This document shows, one piece after another, positions 39,736 through 49,373 of a stretch of 64,000 nt of DNA; position 1 is the first letter of the stretch, and the number at the start of each line of letters is the position of its first letter. The DNA comes from Mycobacterium sp. (lineage in GTDB: Bacteria; Actinomycetota; Actinomycetes; Mycobacteriales; Mycobacteriaceae), in contig JAGQTU010000011.1 in the NCBI GenBank assembly GCA_020438865.1, positions 8,599 to 72,598 of the forward strand, written 5' to 3'. A program made the position numbers and the translations under genes. Under the pieces are notes generated by a model. That model was not told the origin of the DNA. It saw only the letters and a program-made list of their open reading frames with translations, and did no database searches.

Positions 39736-41286
39736 TCAGCCTCCCTGCACATCGACGGGGGCGAGCGCTCCGACCGGCGGTACCTGCGGACCGGGACCCG
39801 CGGGGGGTATCGGGCCGACGAATGCCGGTGGCAGCGGGGCGATTCCGGGGATGTCGGTGGCCGGTCCGGGCAGTGGCCCGACCGGAACGGTGCGCGCTCC
39901 GGGCGGACCGGGCGCCAGCGGTGGGGCGGGCACCCCGGTCACCTCCGGTGACATCTCGCCGGGGAAGGCGGCGCTGGGGACGCCGGGTCCGCCCGCCGCG
40001 GCCGGGTTGGCCGGCGCGTTGACCACGTTGGGCGGGCCGAACCCACCCGGGATCGGACCGTACGGGCCCTGGTCCAGGGCGGCACACGGCAGTGGGTTAC
40101 CCGGGGACGGCAGGCCGTCGGCCGGCGGGGTGTAGGAGCATGGCGAGCCCTTCAGTACGGCGGGGCCCGGATACTCCGGGGTGCCCTCGAGTGCCGTGGG
40201 CGCGGGCGGGGGCGCACCGTTGGGCTGACGCTGCCCGTTGGGGTCCGGGAATTGGAACGCGGGCAGGCCGGCGTTGCGCCAGAACTCCTCGGGGTCGATA
40301 CCGCGCTTCTTGAACGCGGCATCCACCCACGGCTGCAGGATCTGGTATGGGATCAGGTTGACGACGAGCGTCTTGAAGTACGGGCCCGAGCCGATGGCCT
40401 CGGCCAGGGCGCCCATGAACTTCGCGGCGGTGGTCAGCACGTCGGCGAGATCGTTCTTGTGCTTGACCAGTTCGCCGCTGACGGTGTCCAGCTGTTGCAG
40501 AACGTGATTCAAATTCGGGTTGTCGTCGATGAAGCCGGCGAACTGCTGCGACACCATCGAGACGTTTTGCAGCAGGTAGTCGATCGCCTGGCCGCGCTGA
40601 TTGACGGCGTACAGCAGCGTCTGCGCGTTGAGCAACAGCCGGTTGATCTGCTCGCTGCGGTTGCCCAGCACGCTGGCCACCTGGTTGGCGTTGGCCAGCA
40701 ACTGCTTGAACTGTTCGTCGCGCTTGCCGATGGTGTCGGAGAACCGGGCCACCCCGTCCAGGGCCGCGCTCAGGTGCGGGTAGGTCTGATCGACGGTCTC
40801 CGACAACACGTTCAGCGACCGCTTGACCGTGTCGATGTCCCAGCCCTGCGCGGCCTTGGTGAAGTCGAAGACGGCGTCGTAGATCTGGTAGGGCGTGGTG
40901 GTCTGCCCCACCGGCAGCACCCCGTCGGGGCGCAGGATCTTGGATCCGCGCGGCTCGACCTCGAGCACCCGCTTGCCCAGGATCGTCTCGGTGCGAATGC
41001 CGAGATGGCTGTCGGTGCCGATCTGATGGCCGCCCAGGCCGAATCCGACTTCGACCTTGTCGCCGTCGATCTTCAGCGAGCGCACCAGGCCGACGTCCAT
41101 ACCGGCGATGCGTACCTTGTCGCCCGGGTTGATGCCCGCCGAGTCCTTGAACTCGCCGTAGTAGGTGGGCGTGGCGAACAGCATGGGGACGCTGGCGAAG
41201 CTCTGGCCCACGCCGATGACCAGCAGCACGATCACGATGCCGGCCAGGCCATTGCGGATGCGGTTGGAACCCTCCAAGGTCCTCAT
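39736..41286 (-). CDS. mce1C: Mce1C
   Basis: MRTLEGSNR start with ATGA overlap; GINPGDKVRIAG. Confidence 0.92.
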   Translation of the reverse strand: MRTLEGSNRIRNGLAGIVIVLLVIGVGQSFASVPMLFATPTYYGEFKDSAGINPGDKVRIAGMDVGLVRSLKIDGDKVEVGFGLGGHQIGTDSHLGIRTETILGKRVLEVEPRGSKILRPDGVLPVGQTTTPYQIYDAVFDFTKAAQGWDIDTVKRSLNVLSETVDQTYPHLSAALDGVARFSDTIGKRDEQFKQLLANANQVASVLGNRSEQINRLLLNAQTLLYAVNQRGQAIDYLLQNVSMVSQQFAGFIDDNPNLNHVLQQLDTVSGELVKHKNDLADVLTTAAKFMGALAEAIGSGPYFKTLVVNLIPYQILQPWVDAAFKKRGIDPEEFWRNAGLPAFQFPDPNGQRQPNGAPPPAPTALEGTPEYPGPAVLKGSPCSYTPPADGLPSPGNPLPCAALDQGPYGPIPGGFGPPNVVNAPANPAAAGGPGVPSAAFPGEMSPEVTGVPAPPLAPGPPGARTVPVGPLPGPATDIPGIAPLPPAFVGPIPPAGPGPQVPPVGALAPVDVQGG

Positions 41287-42323
41287 TGCGGCGTGCACCT
41301 ACCCGTCGGTTGCTGCGTGATCTTGACGGTGCGCACCGGGCCACCCGGCTGCAGGCCGTTGAGCTTCAGGTTGATGTCGCACAGGTAGAAGTTGAAGAAG
41401 TCGCCGTAGATACCGCCCGCGCGGCCGATCATCTTGATCGCCTGCGGCAGCCGGGTCAACAGGTCGTCGAGCCGGTCCTGGCCATCGACCAGGGGCTGCT
41501 GGATGGTCTCGAGATAGCCGATGGTGTCCTTCAGCAGCGGCCGGTCGTCGCGCAGCAGATCGCCCAGCGTGCCGGAGGCGTTGCTGATGTCGGCGGTCGC
41601 GGCGGCCAGCGGGTCGGCGCGGTTCTTCAGCCCGGTGATGAGGATCTCGAAGTTGTTGACCGTTTGGTCGAACTCCTTCTGATGCTTGACGGTGGTTGCC
41701 AGCACGGTGTTCAGGTTGGTGATCACCTGGCCGATGGCCTGGTCCCGGTCCGCCAGCGCGGAGGTCAGCTGCGCGGTCTGGTCCAGGATGTCGTTGATCG
41801 TGCCGCCCTGGCCCTGGAACACCGTCACCAGCGAGGACGCGATGTTGTTGACCTTCTCCGGATCCAGCGCCCTGAACAGCGGTTTGAAGCCGCCGATCAG
41901 CGCGTCGAGGTCGAGCGCGGGCTGGGTCCGCGACATCGGGATGAAGCCTCCGGCGGGGAGCACCCGGTCGGCCCCCTCACCGGTGCCGCGCTCGAGGTTC
42001 ACGTAGCGGTTGCCGATCAGATCCTGGTAGCGGATCGTCGCCGTGGTGGACTGGTACAGCGGCAGGGTCTTGTCGACGTTGAGCGTCACCAGCACCCGGC
42101 GACCGTCGTCCATCAACTGCAGCTTGGACACCTTGCCGACCTCGACGCCGCCGGCCCGGACGAACTGGCCCTGACGTAGCCCGCTGGCACTGCTGAACTC
42201 CGCGGTGTAGGCGGTGGTCCGGTCGAACCGGATCTGGCCGAACACGATGATGATGATGGCCGTGAACAGCAGCAGCACGAACGAGAACGCGCCGAGTTTG
42301 ATTGCGGTACCGGTGATTTTCAT
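41283..42323 (-). CDS. mce1B: Mce1B
   Basis: MKITGT start with ATGA overlap; SGLRQGQFVRAGGVEVG. Confidence 0.92.
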   Translation of the reverse strand: MKITGTAIKLGAFSFVLLLFTAIIIIVFGQIRFDRTTAYTAEFSSASGLRQGQFVRAGGVEVGKVSKLQLMDDGRRVLVTLNVDKTLPLYQSTTATIRYQDLIGNRYVNLERGTGEGADRVLPAGGFIPMSRTQPALDLDALIGGFKPLFRALDPEKVNNIASSLVTVFQGQGGTINDILDQTAQLTSALADRDQAIGQVITNLNTVLATTVKHQKEFDQTVNNFEILITGLKNRADPLAAATADISNASGTLGDLLRDDRPLLKDTIGYLETIQQPLVDGQDRLDDLLTRLPQAIKMIGRAGGIYGDFFNFYLCDINLKLNGLQPGGPVRTVKITQQPTGRCTPQ

Positions 42324-43531
42324 GGGTTGATCGTGTACTCCCCGATTTGCCGGCCCCAGACGTACTCGTTGAGGATCGGCTGGCCCAGTTCGAAGTGGTT
42401 GTACGGCGCCAGCGACGCACCGTTGTCCATCACCAGATACGGCGCCGGCCAGAAGTTGCGGTCGATGCGCTGCCAGCATCCCGGGGCCCCGCCCGGGCCG
42501 CCCTTCGCGTTCACCCGGGGCAGGTTGTCCGGATAGATGTAGGGGTTGGGGGCACCGAGGAACTCGGTCACGGTGTCCAACGAGAAGCCGTTGCCACCGA
42601 ACGAGGCATTGGCCAGTTGCAAGGCCTCGGCCTCGTTGCGGAGTTGGCAATAGAACTGCGGGCTGTACTTGTCCAGCACCTGGGCGGTGGGGATCAGATC
42701 GGCCTGGCCGCGGACGAAATACGGTTCGCCGCGCTCGAACACGTCACCGGCGGTGTTTCCGAAACCGGCGGCGGCCAGTAGCGCCGCGTCCAGGTCGCCG
42801 CACCGGTCGTTGAGGGTGCTCGCGGTGGTGACGGCGTTGTCCAGCGAGCCCCAGAAGTCGGGGCTGGCCTTGACGTAGACGTCGGCCAGCGCGCTCAGCG
42901 AGCGGGTGTCCTTCTGCAGCTGCGGCATCAGTGGGTTGAGCTGGTCGAGAACCGTGTTGCCGTTGACGATCGCCTGGCCGAACTTGGTGCCCAGACCGGA
43001 CAGCGACTCCGCGGCGGCGCTCAGCGTCAGGTTCAGCTTGACGGGGTCGACCTTCTCCGAGATGTTCGTCAGGGTCTCGAACAGGGTGTTGAACTCGGTG
43101 GTGACGCTGGAGGCGTCGAGGACATCCGACGGCGAGATGCGGGCCTTGGTGGGGTTCTTCGGGCTGGTGAACGAGACGTACTTGTTGCCGAAGATGGTGC
43201 TCGCCTTGATGCTGGCGTCCACGTTGGACGGGATCAGCGGGACGTAGCGGGGTTTGATGTCGAGGTTGAGCTGCGCCATCTGCTTGCCGTCTCGGCTGAT
43301 CGACAGGACGTCGGCGACACGTCCGATCTCGACCCCGTTGTAGGTCACCTTCGCGCCCGGGTCCATGACCAGGCCGGCCCGGTTGGAGATCATCGTCAGC
43401 TTGGTCTTGGGGGTCAGGGTGCCGCGGAACTGCAGATAGATGAGGGTGAAGACCAGGGCGGCGATCACCAGCAGGACGATTCCCGCCAGCTTGATCGGGG
43501 GTTGCCGAAGGTCGTTCATCTTCGCGGCCAC
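42320..43531 (-). CDS. mce1A: Mce1A
   Basis: RAGLVMDPGAKVTYNGVEIG; YVWGRQIGEYTINP C-terminus. Confidence 0.92.
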   Translation of the reverse strand: MAAKMNDLRQPPIKLAGIVLLVIAALVFTLIYLQFRGTLTPKTKLTMISNRAGLVMDPGAKVTYNGVEIGRVADVLSISRDGKQMAQLNLDIKPRYVPLIPSNVDASIKASTIFGNKYVSFTSPKNPTKARISPSDVLDASSVTTEFNTLFETLTNISEKVDPVKLNLTLSAAAESLSGLGTKFGQAIVNGNTVLDQLNPLMPQLQKDTRSLSALADVYVKASPDFWGSLDNAVTTASTLNDRCGDLDAALLAAAGFGNTAGDVFERGEPYFVRGQADLIPTAQVLDKYSPQFYCQLRNEAEALQLANASFGGNGFSLDTVTEFLGAPNPYIYPDNLPRVNAKGGPGGAPGCWQRIDRNFWPAPYLVMDNGASLAPYNHFELGQPILNEYVWGRQIGEYTINP

Positions 43532-43533
43532 GG

Positions 43534-44403
43534 CTATACCGTCAGGTTGAAGTTCGGGTCGGTGCCGTACAGCGCCAACGAGGCCAGCAGGACCAACATC
43601 GCGACCGCGACCAGTGAGGCGCGCATGGAGACGCCGACCGCCTCGCCGACGCCCACCGGACCACCGCTGGCGTTGTAGCCGAAGTAGCAGTGGTTGATCA
43701 TCACGAAGATCGCGATGAGGATCGCGACCACGAACGACCAGAACACGTCGTCGGGGCGCAGGAATGTGCGGAAGTAGTGCTCATAGGTGCCGGTCGACTG
43801 GCCGTAGAACACCGTCGTGGTGAGCTGGGCCGCCAGGAACGACAGGATGAGCGCCATCGCGTAGAGCGGGATGATCACGGTGATGCCGGCCAGGATGCGG
43901 GTGGACACCAGGTAGCTGATCGACTTGATGCCCATCACCTCGAGGGCGTCGATCTCCTCGCTGATCCGCATGGCGCCCAGTTCGGCGGTTGCGCCGGCGC
44001 CGACGGTGGCGGCCAGCGCGTGACCGGAGACCAGTGGGGCGACCACGCGCACGTTGACCAGGGCGGCCACGAAGCCGGTGAAGGCCTCGACCCCGATGTT
44101 GCCCAGGGACGCGTAGCCCTGGATGGCGATCAGGGAGCCGCCGGACAGGGTGACGAAGCCGACGATGGCGACGGTGCCGCCGGCCACCGCCATGGCGCCG
44201 GTGCCCATGCCGATCTCGGCGATCAGCCGCAGGGTGGCCCGACGGTAGTAGCGCAACGCGTGCGGGATCTGGCCGATCGCGGTGACGGTGAACCATGCGA
44301 CCTGACCGACGCCGTCGACGAACCGGGATGGCCAGCCCGCCAGCTTGGTCGCGGTCGCATAGGTCCGGGGGTAACGACTGCGAAGAACGGTTGAACTCGT
44401 CAT
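43534..44403 (-). CDS. yrbE1B: YrbE1B ABC permease
   Basis: LGAMRISEEIDALEVMG; GGPVGVGEAVG. Confidence 0.93.
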   Translation of the reverse strand: MTSSTVLRSRYPRTYATATKLAGWPSRFVDGVGQVAWFTVTAIGQIPHALRYYRRATLRLIAEIGMGTGAMAVAGGTVAIVGFVTLSGGSLIAIQGYASLGNIGVEAFTGFVAALVNVRVVAPLVSGHALAATVGAGATAELGAMRISEEIDALEVMGIKSISYLVSTRILAGITVIIPLYAMALILSFLAAQLTTTVFYGQSTGTYEHYFRTFLRPDDVFWSFVVAILIAIFVMINHCYFGYNASGGPVGVGEAVGVSMRASLVAVAMLVLLASLALYGTDPNFNLTV

Positions 44404-44404
44404 C

Positions 44405-45202
44405 TCACCGCCCCGTTCCGAATCGAACACCGATGGTCGTCAGGACCACGTTCACGGCGAACAATGCCACAACCGAGAGCACCAGCGTCTCGTTCACCGC
44501 GGTGCCGAGGCCTTTCGCGCCGCCGGACACCGTCAGCCCGCGGTAGCACCCGACCAGGCCGGCGATCAGCCCGAAGGTCAGCGCCTTGATGATCGAGATG
44601 ACGACCTCCGGGAGGCCGGTGACCAGGGTGAGGGTCGAGACGTAGGCGCCCGCGGAGATGTTCTGCATGAAGACGCCGAAGATGAAGCCGCCGACCAGGC
44701 CGATCGTGATGACGGCGCCGTTGAGCAGCACGGCCACGAACGTCGACGCGACCACTCGGGGCAGCACCAGGCGGTGGATGGGGTCGATGCCGAGCACCTC
44801 GAGCGCGTCGATCTCCTCGCGGATGGTGCGCGCGCCCAGGTCGGCGCAGATGGCGGTCGAGCCGGCGCCGGCCACCACCAGCACCGTGACGATGGGGCCC
44901 AGCTGCGTGACGGCGGCCAGGGCGGCGCCCGCACCGGAGACGTCGGCGGCGCCGAACTCCACCAGCAGGATGTTGATGGTGAAGATGATCAGGATCGTGT
45001 TGGGGACCGCGACGGCGATCGTCGGTAGGAAGGTGACCCGGAACTGGAACCAGGCCTGGATGATGAACTCACGCCATTCGAACGGCCACTTGGTGGTGGC
45101 CTTGGCCACCAGCACGCACATCTGGAAGAAGCCGCCGACGGCGTTCAGCGGCCCCTGCATGCGGGCCCGTATCAGGCCGCCAACCCCGGTTGCAGCCGTC
45201 AT
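44405..45202 (-). CDS. yrbE1A: YrbE1A ABC permease
   Basis: DLGARTIREEIDALEVLG; GGAKGLGTAVNETLV. Confidence 0.93.
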   Translation of the reverse strand: MTAATGVGGLIRARMQGPLNAVGGFFQMCVLVAKATTKWPFEWREFIIQAWFQFRVTFLPTIAVAVPNTILIIFTINILLVEFGAADVSGAGAALAAVTQLGPIVTVLVVAGAGSTAICADLGARTIREEIDALEVLGIDPIHRLVLPRVVASTFVAVLLNGAVITIGLVGGFIFGVFMQNISAGAYVSTLTLVTGLPEVVISIIKALTFGLIAGLVGCYRGLTVSGGAKGLGTAVNETLVLSVVALFAVNVVLTTIGVRFGTGR

Positions 45203-45432
45203 CGCGACACCCACCGGGCGCGACCACGTGTGCCACCGCGCAACGACAGACCGTGCGGCACGTACCCTCCTTGCCCCGACCTGTTGCTTGTGAGCGGCGT
45301 CTCCTTACCGCTCAGTAGTAAGGCGGACCACAGGAATGTACCCGATGGCCGTCGGGGCGTGCACCGCATCCGCACTATTGACCCCCCGCCTGGTTTTCCG
45401 TCATTTTTCCGCCCGGGTAAAGATTTCGTCGC

Positions 45433-47058
45433 CTATTCGGATCCGGCTGAGGCCGAGTGTTTTTCGGAGTCGTCTCCACCACGCTCAGCGGCACTGTAGC
45501 GGAGACGCAATTCGGTCTTCAGCACTTTCCCAGCCGGGTTTCTCGGCAATGCGTCGACGATTTCGAGACCCTTCGGGTGTTTGTAGCGCGCCAGTCGCTC
45601 GTTGAGGAACTCCTCGAGGTGTTCCAGCAGCAGTCCCGCCTCGGAGATCGCCGCCACCGCCACCGGAACCTCACCCCACTTCGGATGGGCCCGGCCGATC
45701 ACCGCCACCTCGACGATCGCGGGATGATCGGCCAGCACGTTCTCCACCTCGGCGCAGTAGATGTTCTCGCCGCCGGAGATGATCATGTCCTTCTTACGGT
45801 CGACTACCCAGACGTAGCCCTCGTCGTCCATCCGGACCAGATCCCCGGAGTGGAACCAGCCGCCGGCGAAGGCCTCCGCGGTGGCCTTCGCGTTGTTCCA
45901 GTAGCCGGCCATCAGGGTCGGCGCCCGGTACACGATCTCACCGACCTCGCCCACCGGCACGTCATTCATGTTCTCGTCGACCACCCGGGCTGCGACGGTC
46001 GGGATCACCTTGCCCACCGAACCGCGCTTCCGGATCGCGTCCTCGCCGAGCAGCATGCAGGTCACCGGCGACATCTCGGTCTGCCCGAACGCCGCCAGGA
46101 TCTTGCTGCTCGGGAACGTCTCGGACATCTGCCGCAGCAGGGCGTCGGTGGCCGGCGCCGCACCCCAGGACAGCGCACGCAGCCGGATGTCGCGCGGCTT
46201 GGCCTGCTGCGCGGCGCACACCGCCTGCCACTGGGCGGGCACCAGGAAGATGCCGGTCACCCGCTCGGCCTCCAGCACGTCGAGCAGTTCACCCGGGTCG
46301 AAGCCTCCCAGCGGGTGGATGACGGTCGGGGTGCCCAGCAGCAGCCCGCCCAACATGTTGCCGATGCCGGCGATGTGGAACAGCGGTACGCCGATGAAGC
46401 CGACGTCGTTGTTGATGTCGGGTCCCGTGGTGTACATCGCGGTCATCGCCTGGGCGGCCAGGTTGGCGTGGGTCAGCACCGCACCCTTGGGGTGTCCGGT
46501 GGTACCCGAGGTGTACATGATCAGCGCCGGGCTGTCGTTGGGGATGTCGACCGGCGGGGCTGGGTCGCCCTCCTCGGCCACCAGGTCCTCGTAGCCCAGG
46601 ACGTCTCCGTCGGTCGGTGCGCCGGCGACGACGACGGTGGTCAGCGTGGGCGCGATGGCACGCACCGCGGTGCCGACGGCGGCCAGCACCGGCTCGGTGA
46701 CCAGCACGGCGGCCTGGCAGTCCTCCACCAGGAACGCCAGCTCGGGCGGGGTCAGCCGGAAGTTGACCGGGACCGCGATCGCGCCGATCCGGTTGGCGGC
46801 CAGGGTCGCCTCGACGAACTCCGGCCGGTTGAGCATGAGGATCATCACCCGGTCGCCCTGGCGCACCCCGCGCCGGTGCAGCGCGCCGGCCAGCCTGGTG
46901 ACCCGGTGGTCGAACTCGGACCAGGTGGTCGTCCGCCCCATGAACCGGATCGCGGTCGCGCCGGGCTGCATCAGGGCGTGCCTGGCGAGCTGATTGCTCC
47001 AGTTCTGGCGGCGGGACAGATACGGCTGCTCGGTAGCCGTGCTCAGCTGTGCGGTCAC
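45433..47058 (-). CDS. fadD5: Fatty acyl-CoA ligase FadD5
   Basis: MYTSGTTGHPKG, FGQTE, WFHSGD, GGENIY, NPAGKVLK; position upstream of yrbE1A. Confidence 0.92.
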   Translation of the reverse strand: MTAQLSTATEQPYLSRRQNWSNQLARHALMQPGATAIRFMGRTTTWSEFDHRVTRLAGALHRRGVRQGDRVMILMLNRPEFVEATLAANRIGAIAVPVNFRLTPPELAFLVEDCQAAVLVTEPVLAAVGTAVRAIAPTLTTVVVAGAPTDGDVLGYEDLVAEEGDPAPPVDIPNDSPALIMYTSGTTGHPKGAVLTHANLAAQAMTAMYTTGPDINNDVGFIGVPLFHIAGIGNMLGGLLLGTPTVIHPLGGFDPGELLDVLEAERVTGIFLVPAQWQAVCAAQQAKPRDIRLRALSWGAAPATDALLRQMSETFPSSKILAAFGQTEMSPVTCMLLGEDAIRKRGSVGKVIPTVAARVVDENMNDVPVGEVGEIVYRAPTLMAGYWNNAKATAEAFAGGWFHSGDLVRMDDEGYVWVVDRKKDMIISGGENIYCAEVENVLADHPAIVEVAVIGRAHPKWGEVPVAVAAISEAGLLLEHLEEFLNERLARYKHPKGLEIVDALPRNPAGKVLKTELRLRYSAAERGGDDSEKHSASAGSE

Positions 47059-47151
47059 CTCGTCCTCTGTTCCGTGCTCTCTGTTCCGTCCGCCCTGACA
47101 GCGCATGAAGCTTGTGCGAACTCGGCCCCGGAAACACCCGAGCGTCGTTAT

Positions 47152-47163
47152 ATTTGATCAAAT
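47152..47163. promoter_or_regulatory. Perfect palindrome ATTTGATCAAAT, candidate Mce1R operator
   Basis: 12-bp perfect AT-rich palindrome between the divergent fadD5 and mce1R genes. Confidence 0.55.
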
Positions 47164-47224
47164 CTGGTGTCGCCTGGGTCACACTATTGCGTTGCCGTCG
47201 CCCACACAAGTCCTCGGAGGTCAC

Positions 47225-47938
47225 GTGAACGCACCGGCTTCGGCACGGGCCGCGCGCCCCCGGGGACGCCGCCGTTCGCAGCTGTCCGACGAGGTGGCGC
47301 AGCACCTCCGCGAGGCGATCATGACCGGCACGCTGCGCCCCGGAACGTTCATCCGGCTCGACGAGACCGCGGCCCAACTCGGGGTCAGCATCACGCCGGT
47401 GCGCGAGGCGCTGCTGACGCTGCGCGGCGAGGGCATGGTGCAACTCGAGCCGCGCCGCGGCTATGTGGTCGTCCCGATGAGCCGCCAGGACATCGCCGAC
47501 ATCTACTGGCTGCAGGCCACGATGGCCAAGGAGCTCGCCGCCTCCGCCGTCGAGCGGCTGTCCGACGCGCAGATCGACGAACTCGAGAGCGCCAACGACG
47601 AGCTGGCCCGCGCGATCGTCGACGGTGACCCGGCCACCATCACCGCCGCCGAGTTCGGCTTCCACCGGCTGTTCAACCGGGCGACCGGCCGGGTGAAGCT
47701 GTCCTGGTTCCTGCTGCACGTCGCGCGCTACATGCCGCCGCTGATCTACGTCACCGACATCTCATGGGGCCACACCACGGTGGACAGCCATCGCAGGCTC
47801 ATCGCCGCGCTGCGCCGCCGGGACCGGGACACCGTGCTGCGGATCGTCGACGACGAGTTCGCCGACGGCGCGCAGCGGCTGATCGAACAGCTGGAACGCA
47901 ACGGCATGTGGCGTTCGAACCGGCCCGGAACAGGTTAG
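47225..47938 (+). CDS. mce1R: GntR/FadR-family repressor Mce1R
   Basis: LGVSITPVREAL HTH plus FCD domain; GGAGG RBS; divergent from fadD5. Confidence 0.9.
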   Translation: MNAPASARAARPRGRRRSQLSDEVAQHLREAIMTGTLRPGTFIRLDETAAQLGVSITPVREALLTLRGEGMVQLEPRRGYVVVPMSRQDIADIYWLQATMAKELAASAVERLSDAQIDELESANDELARAIVDGDPATITAAEFGFHRLFNRATGRVKLSWFLLHVARYMPPLIYVTDISWGHTTVDSHRRLIAALRRRDRDTVLRIVDDEFADGAQRLIEQLERNGMWRSNRPGTG

Positions 47939-48378
47939 GAACCCGCGCCGAGGTGTTCGGCGCGGGTCTTGAGGTTGTCGGCCAGGTGCTCGAGGACGTC
48001 ATTGGCCAGCTTCTTGACCATCATCGCGGGCACCGCCATCGACGTCTCGACCTCGAGGTCGACCGTCAGCAGGCTGGCCGGTCCCATGCCGACCACCGAG
48101 AACAGCTGGTTCTGTTTGGTGAAGAAGTCGCCCTGCTGCAGCACGGTCTGGATCTGGTTCTCGCCCGGGTAGTACACGGCCTGGATGAAGGTGCTCTCGT
48201 GACCCTGGACCACGGTGTCGATGCGCAACTGGCTGGGCCGGCCGTCGTCATAGCGCGCCAGGATGTGGAGGTCCTTGACCTCGTCATTCCACTGGGGGTA
48301 CGCCTCGAAGTCGGCGACGATGCCGAGGATGGCCGTCGCTTTGGCGCCGACCTCGAGCGTTTTGGAGACGAGCGGCAT
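47935..48378 (-). CDS. SRPBCC/polyketide cyclase-like protein (Rv0164 homologue)
   Basis: VADFEAYPQWN...YDDGRP START-like motifs; ATG lies 6 nt after TATGAT. Confidence 0.88.
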   Translation of the reverse strand: MPLVSKTLEVGAKATAILGIVADFEAYPQWNDEVKDLHILARYDDGRPSQLRIDTVVQGHESTFIQAVYYPGENQIQTVLQQGDFFTKQNQLFSVVGMGPASLLTVDLEVETSMAVPAMMVKKLANDVLEHLADNLKTRAEHLGAGS

Positions 48379-48455
48379 CGGCCGATCATATCCAGTGCTC
48401 GATGGCCGTCCTCCTCCTCAGACTGCTCATCGTCGGACGGCGGTGGATCGGCGGC

Positions 48456-49103
48456 TCAGGCGTGCGCCTTCCTGCCCGGCGTCTCGCCCAGGGGTGATTC
48501 CACGCGGGTGGTGTCGTCGCGGATCAGGCCGCGCAGCAGGGCGGTGCTGAACTCGGCGGCGATCTCCTGCGCGCTGCGCCGCCCGTCCGGGCGCAGCCAG
48601 CGGTAGGCGCCCAGCGTCATGCCGATGTAGCCCAGCGCCACCACGTGCGAGTCGCATTCGAAGAACTCGCCGCTGGCGATGCCGCGGTCGATCAGGCCGG
48701 TGACGTGCTCGTAGACCTGGGTCTCCTTCTCCCGCACCTCGGCGACCTGTTCGTCGGTGAACCACTCCGAGATGTAGGGCTGCTCCTGGAAGTACACCGC
48801 GGCGCCTTCGGGATCCTTGGCGATGTTGGTCAGCAGCCGCACGGTGTACTGGTAGAGCGCCTCGCGGGCCGTCCAGGACGGGTCGTCGTGGACCGCGGCC
48901 AGGGTCCGCTGCGCAGCCCGCTGATAGATGTCGAACAGGATCAGCGACTTGCTTGCGTAATAGTGATAGACCGTCGCCTTGTTCAGGCCGACGACGTCGG
49001 CGACGTCGTCCATCCGGGTGCCGTGATAGCCGCGAGCGGCGAACAGCTTGGTGGCGACGGCCAGCAACTCTTCGCGCCGGGTCATCCCGTTCTCGGGTGG
49101 CAT
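48456..49103 (-). CDS. TetR-family regulator (Rv0158 homologue)
   Basis: TRMDDVADVVGLNKATVYHYYASK HTH; synteny with the pnt genes. Confidence 0.9.
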   Translation of the reverse strand: MPPENGMTRREELLAVATKLFAARGYHGTRMDDVADVVGLNKATVYHYYASKSLILFDIYQRAAQRTLAAVHDDPSWTAREALYQYTVRLLTNIAKDPEGAAVYFQEQPYISEWFTDEQVAEVREKETQVYEHVTGLIDRGIASGEFFECDSHVVALGYIGMTLGAYRWLRPDGRRSAQEIAAEFSTALLRGLIRDDTTRVESPLGETPGRKAHA

Positions 49104-49244
49104 GATGTCCTCGCTCGTCGTACCCCGACTCCCGCCGGCCCTCTATCAACTGGTTGGACAGTTTAGGCAATGCCGGTGATCAGCGTTGCGGCGCGTGCCG
49201 CCGGGGCTAGACTCCCGGCTAGAAGCAGCGCTGGAAGGACTGGT

Positions 49245-49355
49245 ATGGATCCGAACCCGGATTACGACGCGACTGACGAGATCGAGTACTTCTTCAGCTG
49301 GCTTCCCTGGGCGCTCCGCGGGGTCTACCCACCGCCCGCCTATCCCCCGGTCTAA
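49245..49355 (+). CDS. 36-aa microprotein (Rv0157A-like)
   Basis: GAAGGA RBS; MDPNPDYDATDEIEYFFSWLPWALRGVYPPPAYPPV; position between the Rv0158 homologue and pntB matches Rv0157A as I recall it. Confidence 0.7.
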   Translation: MDPNPDYDATDEIEYFFSWLPWALRGVYPPPAYPPV

Positions 49356-49373
49356 CCACTCGCCCCGCCGTTC

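Noticed and set aside
49145-49158. KstR cholesterol-regulon box
   Set aside because: ATCAACTGGTTGGA misses the first T of TnnAACnnGTTnnA, and the adjacent genes are not cholesterol genes; kept only as a local TetR candidate.
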